A DNA stretch of 64,000 nucleotides from Vairimorpha necatrix (Eukaryota): contig CP142734.1 of the NCBI GenBank assembly GCA_036630325.1, forward strand, positions 1-64,000, read 5' to 3'. Below, in pieces: positions 54,230 to 64,000 of this stretch. A program made the translations under genes and the position numbers. Below the pieces are notes generated by a model. The model was not told the origin of the DNA, made no database searches, and was given only the letters and a program-made list of their open reading frames with translations. The first letter of the stretch is position 1; every line of letters begins with the position of its first letter.

Positions 54230-57200
54230 AAAAAATAAGAGGAGGTAAATTTTTTCTCGTTTAATCTTTACTTAATAACCATCAAATATTTATACAAATT
54301 TTGATTTTTATTTTTGTTCCTTTTTTAATATCGAAACCAACAAATGCGGAAATAAGTAAATTACATAGTTGAAGGTATGGTTACGTTAGTAAATATTTTA
54401 GTTAAGAATATATGAAATATTGTAAAAAAGAAATTTAAAAAAGTTTGTCATCTAGTGTTCAGTGAGATATTTAACAGTACAATATAAGATTTTTTTTAAT
54501 TTTATACCCTCGTTTTTTGTAAGTTTGAAGTCTTCATCTACTTATTTTATTCTTGTTTTCTCAATATGAAATTAAACTTAGGTTCGATGTTACAAATTAG
54601 ATGTATGAAGTGTGTATAATTTATCTATATAGAAATGTATTTAGTTTATTTTTTTTGGGAAACTCTGTTTCGGAATATGGTCGGAATTGTTTTTTAGAAT
54701 TTACTTAAATCTTTCACAAAGCAATATAATAACGTTCATTCAAATAAAAAAAAGTGTATGAATTGAAATATAAAACATAAGGAAGTCATCTCATTGAAAG
54801 ATATAGAATAAAGCGATATAATGTTGTTATTCGAATTAAATTAGATAACCAATTATTGGGGTTTCAATATTACATCTCTCTGTTTTCATATTCCGACCAA
54901 AAATGGAAACTCAAAAAAAGGAGGTACGTACCATAAAACTTTAAAATTCTCTTTCAAAACGGGGAAGCATATGCTGTTAGATATATAAAAATTTTGATAT
55001 TCGATATGATTTTTTGTGTCATTATTATTCAATTTTGTTTAGTTAAATATAGCTTCATCTATTTTTAAAACTTATAATAGTTTATGTATTCTTATTTATC
55101 TTTCCTTATTAAAAAGTTAATTATTTATTTAGAATATAAATATTGATTATATGTTCGAGGAGTAAGAAAATCTATTTTTTATCTTTTAAACGTGCATAAG
55201 TCTTTATAAAAAAAGATCATTTATTAATTATTTTTTATTCATAGATTGATTTTATATATTTGTATACTTATATTTTCTTTATTTATTTATTTATTACTAA
55301 CATTATAACTTACTTATACACATATTCATTATGATATAATCGTATAGGGCACAATAGATATACATAATAAAGAATAAGGAGAAGAAGTCATGTTCAAGTA
55401 AATGAAAAATTTATATATTTAAATATAGAAAATACAAAAAAACTAATTATTTATAGTGATTGTGTTGTTTTTTTGATTTATAATTCGTTTTTCTTCTGGT
55501 TCCAACGATTAAACTTTCATTAATAGCACTAAAATTCTAAACTCCGTCTAATATGTTAGTGTTGCGTGGAATTGCTCGATTTTCTTTTGTTAATAAAAAA
55601 AATACCAAATTTAGATAGCAAGATTAAATTATACATTTCTGATCTCAATAAAATAAACAAATTCTACTAAGAACAATTTGTTTTAGATATATTTTTTTTT
55701 ATATAAAAAAAATGCAAGAATGAGAAATCGCCTCACAATATTTAACAATCTGAAATCAATCAGATATAAAAATTATTTTTAAAATAAATAATGTGTAGGG
55801 GGTTGTTTAAATGTAAATTTTGAAAATCAATTTTTCTAGTTGCAAAATACATACAGTCGGTGTTATTATAGTGTATAATATAAAAAATTTCAAAACATCA
55901 TATAAAATCATAATATGTTTGTTTTGTGCATTATTATATTGCTTACATGTTTAATTTTACGGTAAATCTATTCGAGGATTTCTAAATTTCAGTTTTTTTT
56001 GTCCGAAAAAATTGAAGGATGTATGTCCTGTCATAGTAGAATATAAATTTTATAACAGCTTACATGATGCTAAAAAAATTCCAAATTTTTATATAAACAA
56101 TATATTATTAGTACAAGATGCATTTTTCTATTGGGGAAAATTATAATTTTTAATTTTATGTTTTTTCCATTCGGTCATAAAATTAGAATATAAATTTTGA
56201 TATAATATTAAATTAGTTATATTAGTTAATTTTTTTGAAAAAATATAATTAGATCAAGTCAATGATGCAATTAACATAAATAAATAGACATCGTGCTTCA
56301 ATGATTCCTTATTGTATTTATATAATACCCGAGAAGATTGTGATTGTATATTCTATAATACAATCAGTTAGAAAGCTACCTAATTTTTTATTGTATACAT
56401 AAATTTATTGATATAATGTAATTTAATTTTTTCTTATTCTTATATAAAACAATAATTAAATTAAATTGGCAAGTATATGGCCACAAGAAATAAAAAAACA
56501 TATTACAAATAATAAAGAATCTGCGAAATATTATGTAATAAAAATCACTAGATGTAAATATTTTATTGTTTTTAGCTGAAAAAATCTTAGATTAATTTCT
56601 ATGTTTATTAGTCATTAAATTTTTAAAAAAGCTTTATAAAAACTAGTAGTTTGTTATTTTTCATTCTTTGCAATTTAACGTTCTTCAACGTATTTTAAGG
56701 GGCTTTATATCAATTTTCACAAAATAAAATCATTACAATAGTTTATATTTAAAAATAAAAAAATTTCGAAAATTTTTATCGTGTATAAATATGTACTCAT
56801 GTAATTAGATAGAATTTAAATATTAGGGTATAATGGACCATCATTATTTCTCTACTGTCTTTCTTATCAACGTTACACAAATGTAAAATACATTTATTTG
56901 ATAGGAAACATTTATAATTTATATTTTTATTGTAGTTTAATAACAAAAAAAAGAATTTTAAGATAATGAATCGTTCATGGATAAAAAGGCATTTAAAAAA
57001 AAGAATACATTTATTAAAGAGATTTTTTATATTAACTTTTAAATTAATTAGAATGGCACAAAGGGATTTTTTGATAAATAACTGGTTCGCAAAACTCTTG
57101 TTTGAGCAATTTAAAACTTATACAAGCATGTATACAGCTTTAAAAACTAAAAACACAAAAAACTTATTTAATAACATAGAAAGACTTTTTAGTCATAAAT

Positions 57201-58435
57201 TTAATATTCTTGGGTATAGAATTTATTTCAAAGATTTTTTATTAGATATTTTTCTTTTATTACATTTATTTATTAAATTTAAAATTTTTACTATAAAAAA
57301 AAAAACAAAACAATAGCAAAGTACGGATATAACAAAATAAGCTTTCCAAAGATTTGCAATCTTATCTAAATTTTTTTAGGAAAGGTTATAATCAAAACGA
57401 AGTACTATATCAGACCAATCTGGTGTTAAAAATTTATTTATAAGTATATTAGGCGGATTTAGACACTTCATTTTGTTTATTGCCCAAAAATGTAAGTAAC
57501 TATTGCATTGATAAATAATTTGTTGAATAGTACAATTCTAAACATGCAATAATACTAAGTATCAAAAATTTTGTCAAAGACAACAAAATCGAATTCAATA
57601 TAAAAATTGTTAATCATGATCGTATAATTTGCGTTTTAAATGGATTAATTTTTAATCTAAGATAAATTAATTGCTTATAGTTTTTTTGCATATATTTATA
57701 CATGAAAAAAAAATTTAATTTATTTATTCATATTTTTGTCAAACATACTTTTTCACAATAAAGTTTAACATTTTTAATTTGATTTCTGTTTAATTTTCAT
57801 CTTTAATTTAATTACTAATCTATGTGGCTTGTTGCAAAGCTATAATTGGACTTATTTTGGTATCATAGAAAACAGGATTAGATTGCATTATTTAAAGAAT
57901 AAGTATGAAAAAGCATTGTAATTATTGTTTTGGAAAAGGCGCTTTATTGTATAAATCAAAATTGTTTTATGTGTCTCAAAAATATTGAAAGCATTACATT
58001 AAAATAATTCGAGTTAGAAAATACCAAGGGTAAGTTTATTAATTGCATTTAGGCATTAAAATTTTGTAAAGAATGTGGAAATAGTTGTAAAAAATTAGAA
58101 TCAATATATTGACTTACGAATACAATTTACAATAATTATATATAAATTTCTGAATAAAGTATACCGAGTAAATAAATTTAGTGAGATAATATATATGGTT
58201 TAATATTATTTTAATTATTTGCTTAATTGATACTATTAGTTTTATTGGGATTTTTTGTTTTCTTATAGAAAACGAAAATATCAGAAGCCATTTTAATCAC
58301 TAAAAATCACAAATAAATAGAATGTATGCTTATTGAATATATTTGGTGCAATCATGTAAGAATATGTGCTAACCTGTAAAACCCCTTTTTGTTATTTATC
58401 AAATTATATACAATTATAATAATAATAAAAATTAC

Positions 58436-58472
<37 letters not shown>

Positions 58473-59428
58473 TTTTATGTTAATAGCGAAAATGTCAAAT
58501 TCAAAACGTATTGAATATTTTAAAAATAAGTTTTAAGAGTTAAAACTACAATAAGATTGTAATTTTTTCATGTAGATATTATATATACGACTTATTGGTT
58601 ATATATTATAATATATTGTAAATTTTTTACATTTAAATAATAAAAAGCACATGTTGTGACGTTTATTTCTTACAGTTTAAATTAATATAACTTATGGAGT
58701 CAGAATAATTAGTTGTTAAAACCTAGTTTTCCAAAATTATACCTTAAAATTTATAATATATGAAAGACTTTTAATAAACATTGCAAAAATCCGTTTGATT
58801 TTGTATTATAATTTTGGTTACGTTTTATGTTTTGCCTCCATCTGATGTTTCCATTCACATAAAAAATTCTACATTATATTCATTTCTTCTGAATGTTTGC
58901 AAGGAGAAACTAAATCGAAGCTTGTGATCAATGCGAGTGAGTAACTATGAACAAAGAATATATGCGTGGGACATTTTTAAAATAGACTTTGTATCTGGAA
59001 TTGTTTTTATAAAATACTATGTTCAAATCGTTCCGAACATGGAAGTCTGTTGTACCTTGTACAATATAATATTAGTCATTTGTAATTTTTTATGTAACAA
59101 TCATTACATTTATTACAACTACCAAATTAAATATTTTAAAAATCTTTTAAAAAAGATGTAATATATTTTTCAAAAGTTTTAAGTAATAATCTAATTATTA
59201 AAACCGTTTTCAGAACATCTGTTTATTTAAAGCGATTGTTGCGCAATCGCTAAGCAATACATAAAATAAGTACATATATAACATCGAAAATATTAAAGAC
59301 AATAAACAGGTTATTTTTTTGTGTATGAAAATGCTGCAATAATTGATTGAGATCTATAAGTGTAAATTTTTGATCATAAAAACTGAAATTAAATCTATTA
59401 ATGAATGAAAAACTAATATTGTATGTTT

Positions 59429-61660
59429 TTATTTTTTATCATAATTTTCCAATATTCTGATCAAATTTCTGTGAAATTTCAACCCTATGTTGTAATCATT
59501 CAGAATTTCAGATAATTCATTTTCACACAACAACATTCGAATTTTTTGAAATTTTTTTTCCGCAAATTCTTTAAAAATTTTTTTGTTACTAATTTCATTG
59601 TCCAAAAGAGATTCAAGAGATATTAAAAAATCATTTTTTATAGTATTTCTTATATTTAAATTAATTAACTTGTTTAAATCTCGAGAGAAAATTTCAATTT
59701 CGTCTTTTTTACATTCGAATAGTAATTCGGCATTAAACCCTGCTAATGCATTAGATAAATCTTCTGTCAAACATTTATTACTTAAGATCTTTTCAATTAC
59801 ATTTATTCCGTTTCGACGTAACCGTTTTTCAAACATTTTTGTTTTATTTTTATCATATAAATAATTAATTTTTTTATTTAAAGCATCATGTTTAATTTTA
59901 CATAGTGCCGTAGATAATCTTTTTTCATAGAAACTATAAACAATATTTTTCAATTCTTTTCTATAACGATATATTGCTTCGTTAAAACGTTGATTTCTCG
60001 TGTTTTCTGATAATTTTTTTCTTATTATTTCATTATTATTTTCAACTGAAATATTATTTAAGCAAAAAAAATCAAGAACTCTGTCTTTTTTTACATTAAA
60101 ATGTACATATTCAAGTATACACAAATTTTGCTCGTATCCTGTATATAATGATGTTATTGAAAAAATGTACTTCCATAAATTGTTCATGTATGTCTGAATA
60201 TCTTTAAGATGAAATTTTACAGCGACGTGAAATATTTCAATTAAATCGATATTTTTAGTAACATTATATTGATTATCACATGGTATAACCCCTGCTTTTT
60301 TCTTGATAAGAGCGGCGATATTGCTCAAAATTAATAATATTGGTTTATCACCAACATCATTTTCATTTATAAAACGTTCAACTTCCAATAATAAACAGAT
60401 TTTTATCAGGAAAGTACTCGCTAAAAAATTACAATTGCATAAATTTGTTATTATTTTTTCTATAAGTAGATTTTTTGATGTTTCATCAAGTTCTTCGTTT
60501 CTTAAAATTTTACTTAGCTCAATTTCTTTAATCAATTCATCAAACAATAATATATGAAGTAAAATCAAATAAATTGCACTTCCTCTTCTATTAAAGATCA
60601 TTTGTAGAAAGAATTCTGCTCGGCCATCTGTTTCTAATAATCTAAAAAGCAATTCCACTTCGTTATGACATTCACCTAAAGTCTTTATATAATAGGTTTT
60701 TCTAAAAAACTCTTGAAATTCCAAAGATGTCGATTTTGTAAAAATGGCTTCATGTTGTAAAGAATATATATATTCCTTGTAATTTTGTGTAAAACGTATC
60801 TCATCTTTACCCATTTTAATTTTGAATATATTGTAATTAAATTCAATTTTATCTAATGTACAAACTGAAAAATAAGATATATTACGCTTAACGATTTTAT
60901 CAACGTATATAAACTTATACAATTCTTTAAGGTTGATACATATTTGGTGGTCAATTTCATTAATATGTTCTCTAGTTATAATTTTATGTGGAATAAATAT
61001 TTCAGAACCAAGTTCTTTGATATTTAATTCAAAGAAATAATGAACCTTGTCTATATTTATACAAATACATATGTAGCGGGAATTGCTCCTTTTAATATAA
61101 GAAATTGGAGATTGTGGAAAACATAATCTACCCTGGACAATGCTAGTCTTAAATTTTAAATTTGTAAATACTTTGTACCAAAGGACATCATTTCCCATGA
61201 TGTATTCATAAAATAGTTCATCCTTGAGTCTTAGTTTTTTTTGTTTGATATTTTCGTTTTTTATATGTTCAATTAAGCTCTTAAAAATAGGACGAACTTG
61301 GAAAAATAACGGATTATAAATCAAAACGTTATAATCAGCCAAATAATTTCTATGTTCCAATAAAATAATGTGTTTAAATTCTTTAACTACAGTTAAAATA
61401 GATTTGTTAGTGCAATTAATCTTTACATTTTTAGTTTCCTGTCTTTTTTGAAACCCTTTGATCTCTACTATAATTTCTACATTAATATTATTTTGTCTGA
61501 TATCAAAATGCAATAATACTCTCAAATATCGTTTATCATAATCAATTGTAGTATAATCCCCGCTTTCTACTTTTTTTATTAGTACCGAATTTATCTGATT
61601 AAAAACATATTGACATGATTTTATAAATAAAATAGTTAAAACAAATTTAACGACATCCAT
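59429..61660 (-). CDS. Intact signal-peptide protein of a subtelomeric family (~743 aa)
   Basis: Long intact ORF. The likely start is the ATG at 61660 preceded by CCCAT, with leader MDVVKFVLTILFIKSCQ. Paralog of 46223-48387. Confidence 0.9.
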   Translation of the reverse strand: MDVVKFVLTILFIKSCQYVFNQINSVLIKKVESGDYTTIDYDKRYLRVLLHFDIRQNNINVEIIVEIKGFQKRQETKNVKINCTNKSILTVVKEFKHIILLEHRNYLADYNVLIYNPLFFQVRPIFKSLIEHIKNENIKQKKLRLKDELFYEYIMGNDVLWYKVFTNLKFKTSIVQGRLCFPQSPISYIKRSNSRYICICINIDKVHYFFELNIKELGSEIFIPHKIITREHINEIDHQICINLKELYKFIYVDKIVKRNISYFSVCTLDKIEFNYNIFKIKMGKDEIRFTQNYKEYIYSLQHEAIFTKSTSLEFQEFFRKTYYIKTLGECHNEVELLFRLLETDGRAEFFLQMIFNRRGSAIYLILLHILLFDELIKEIELSKILRNEELDETSKNLLIEKIITNLCNCNFLASTFLIKICLLLEVERFINENDVGDKPILLILSNIAALIKKKAGVIPCDNQYNVTKNIDLIEIFHVAVKFHLKDIQTYMNNLWKYIFSITSLYTGYEQNLCILEYVHFNVKKDRVLDFFCLNNISVENNNEIIRKKLSENTRNQRFNEAIYRYRKELKNIVYSFYEKRLSTALCKIKHDALNKKINYLYDKNKTKMFEKRLRRNGINVIEKILSNKCLTEDLSNALAGFNAELLFECKKDEIEIFSRDLNKLINLNIRNTIKNDFLISLESLLDNEISNKKIFKEFAEKKFQKIRMLLCENELSEILNDYNIGLKFHRNLIRILENYDKK

Positions 61661-62179
61661 ATGGGTTTGAATTCTCAATTATTTAAAAGTTAATCAAAAT
61701 ACTTAAAAAAATTAGCTGATTTATTATTATACAATATATTTTTTTTTACTTCATATAAAAAACTAGTTTTTTTTGTGATCAAAAATCATTATAATTTGTT
61801 AACGCAAAAAAAATTATGAGCAAGGTAATCTGAAGTAAAAATAGAATTAAAATTTGATGGCAAAATATAAAAGTCATAATTAATGAGATTTAATTTCGAT
61901 GTACGGAATATTGGGAAGGAGCATTATTTTCATTAAATTCCTTTAGTCAATAATGACTTATTTTCTAAAATATTTATCAGAATACATTTATAAACACAAT
62001 TTAAGTAAACTTTTTTAAAAAATCTAAGGACGTTTTTTACTTGTTTGCAGTTTTCGGCCAATAATTAAAATTTTACTAAAAAATTTAAATTCTTTTGACA
62101 GGGTTGACATGTGTCAGATGAGAATGTTTGATATTTTTTGAAAGAAATATTTGGCTAAAAACAGCATTAGTGTAAAAAA

Positions 62180-62687
62180 AATGTGGGTCAAAATTTTTAA
62201 AAAATGGAAGGGAATGCTGAGTAAAAAAATTGAAGATTTTTACGAACGTCTGCTAAACAAGAAATATAAGCAGAAATGTACAATTTGTGGTTGGAATACG
62301 TCTTGAGTATTTAAAAAACAGCTTATTTATATGCAAGTTCCCCAAATGCAGATAGAGATTTTCAATTTTAAATAATTCTTGTTTTCAAATAGTAAGATAA
62401 ATCATCTTCTTTTGTTGAAAATTGTTAATCTGTGGATAATGAGACTTAAAATAGCGCACATTTCTAAACTATGGATTAAAATATTCAAAATGTGACTTAT
62501 ACACTTGAGAAATTGTATAAATTAAGAATTTTTGAGAAGTATTTAAATAAGACTGTAGATATTTATTTTTAAAATTTGTAAACGCCTGATTTTTATGAAC
62601 GACAACAATAAATCTATTGACATGGTGGAGAATGGGACATCAAAGCCCATAAACATGGTTATAACATAAAGAAAACAACTTAAAGAA
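62180..62687 (+). mobile_element. Possible Merlin transposase N-terminal relic
   Basis: KCTICG, then CKFPKCR*RFSILNNSCFQ, resembling the zinc-binding and SVRKDSIFE segment of the Merlin at 16045. Confidence 0.4.
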
Positions 62688-62715
62688 TGTAAGAGATTGG
62701 GAATGATGTCTTTCA

Positions 62716-62788
62716 GCTGCCCTTAGCCCAGTGGTAGAAGGCAATGCTTCCATTGAGCAACGGCTGGGTTCGATTCCCAGGGGCACCA
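62716..62788 (+). tRNA. tRNA-like sequence, isotype uncertain (pseudogene or element-borne)
   Basis: A box TAGCCCAGTGG, perfect T arm CTGGG-TTCGATT-CCCAG, acceptor GCTGCCC/GGGCACC with one mismatch, non-canonical anticodon arm TGCT-TCCATTG-AGCA. Confidence 0.65.
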
Positions 62789-63529
62789 AAATTGTTTCTA
62801 CTTTCTATGTTTCAGTTGGAACAACTCAGATGATGAAAATGTATACGATAATCATTAAGTTTATTCAATAAACCTTGTGTGTGTCCAGCCACAAGGGGAT
62901 TAGCATCTAGTGTAGAAACGCACCTCAAGGCCAAAAACAGTATCACCCTTGTGGTGACGTAATGATACATAAAAGTATCTAATGGGTACGGCCTAGTTGG
63001 AGCCCATGGCTGGTGACTCTAGAGTAGGATTCTAGAGCTAACTAAGAGACTAGACGAAGTAGGGCAATAGAAGGTCTCGTGGACCCTATCCCACAAGATT
63101 CTGTAACACGGTGGCCGAAACTAGTGCGAAACTTGTGATCAACGCAGCCCAATAAAAACGCCGAGCTGGTGATATGGTCGTGTAAGGAGCCGTGTGTGCA
63201 ATACAGATGATTGTAGGGACCTTTGAGTCAGTACGATGATGTCTCTCCTCAGGCTATATATAACCATGCCCGTTAAGTATATCCGCTGTGAGGTCACTCT
63301 GGACGCGATTTGAGGTATAAATTGAAAGTGTTCGCCTGGAGCAAAGTATAATGGATACGGCGGAGCTTGCTGCACTGAGAAGTTGTATAAGAGTTTTAGT
63401 GAGTAAGAATCTCACAGTACCAATTGGATGAGTATCACACCCAATTCCCTCTGGTCCCTATGTATAGTTATTCCTACCTCTTACTTTCAAGAAGAAAAAA
63501 ATGTCGTCTTTATTAGCAAAAACGATTAA

Positions 63530-63963
63530 GTAAAAACCGAGTACATCGTAGGAAGAGCAGAGTACGCATTTATGTAATGGTATAGGGAGTATCTAGAGTC
63601 GCGAATAAAATGCGCTCTAATGTATGAAAAATGGTTTAGAGTCGCCAAAGCAGAATTAGTTAAGAAAAAGATTTCCCTGGGTGAGATATACCACCGATTA
63701 AACCAGGATGAGAACGAAGGCATTATAGCCTATATAGAAAGGGCAAAGAAAAAGCTAGTTTCTACAAGTTGAGCGATTTAGATATTGTAGACATCATCGC
63801 AGAAGGACTGCTTGCAGAGAATAGCGATATAAAAAAATGTCTATGGTCAGTTAATTCAATAGGAGCTCTAAAACTCCAGAGAATTCATGGCATGGAAGAA
63901 GAAAAGAAAAAAGAGAAACAAGTAGACAAGAAGAACAACCTAAATTCTCTTTTAGCAAGATAA
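63530..63963 (+). pseudogene. Retrotransposon gag remnant (element probably continues beyond the window)
   Basis: WYREYL..W...AKAEL..HRLNQDENEGIIAYIERAKK, then DIVDIIAEGL after a frameshift. This is a Retrotrans_gag-like pattern. Confidence 0.7.
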
Positions 63964-64000
63964 ACTGCTTTAAAAATAAACGAAAAATTCCAGTTCTACA

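Noticed and set aside
46365-60557. Plus-strand ORFs overlapping the large genes, and most 60-150-aa ORFs in the track
   Set aside because: Antisense shadows or chance F/I/L-rich ORFs in AT-rich DNA.
62820-62850. Hammerhead-like CAGATGA..GAAA
   Set aside because: The core deviates from CTGATGA and the required stems were not found.
63010-63095. Short SSU rRNA-like words (ATTCTAGAGCTAA, GGCAATA..AGGTCT)
   Set aside because: Not colinear with rRNA and no extended similarity, so probably chance.
62790-63480. Telomerase RNA candidate
   Set aside because: No convincing CCTAACC-type template, and the region is better explained as a retroelement leader.

Overview
A eukaryotic chromosome end. Bases 1-~2570 are a telomere of irregularly mixed CCTA/CCTAA units (TAGG/TTAGG on the G-strand), followed by a very AT-rich, gene-poor, transposon-rich subtelomere. 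Intronless genes with a CCC motif just before the ATG, Merlin transposons and TTAGG-type telomeres suggest a microsporidian (inference). Mobile elements: (i) a decayed Ty3/gypsy element with LTRs of only 38/39 bp and a 5-bp TSD, and a second element with 54/55-bp LTRs; (ii) an LTR family with ~286-305-bp LTRs (one 2-LTR copy and two solo LTRs, all with 5-bp TSDs) whose LTR encodes the apparent Gag N-terminus, carries a covarying stem-loop and has no tRNA-type PBS; (iii) several Merlin/IS1016 elements and MITEs; (iv) a Ginger-like integrase relic; (v) RLE-type non-LTR fragments; (vi) two tRNA-like sequences. Host genes are two paralogous ~720-745-aa signal-peptide proteins and a third secreted-type gene interrupted by a solo LTR. 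All alignments were done by eye.
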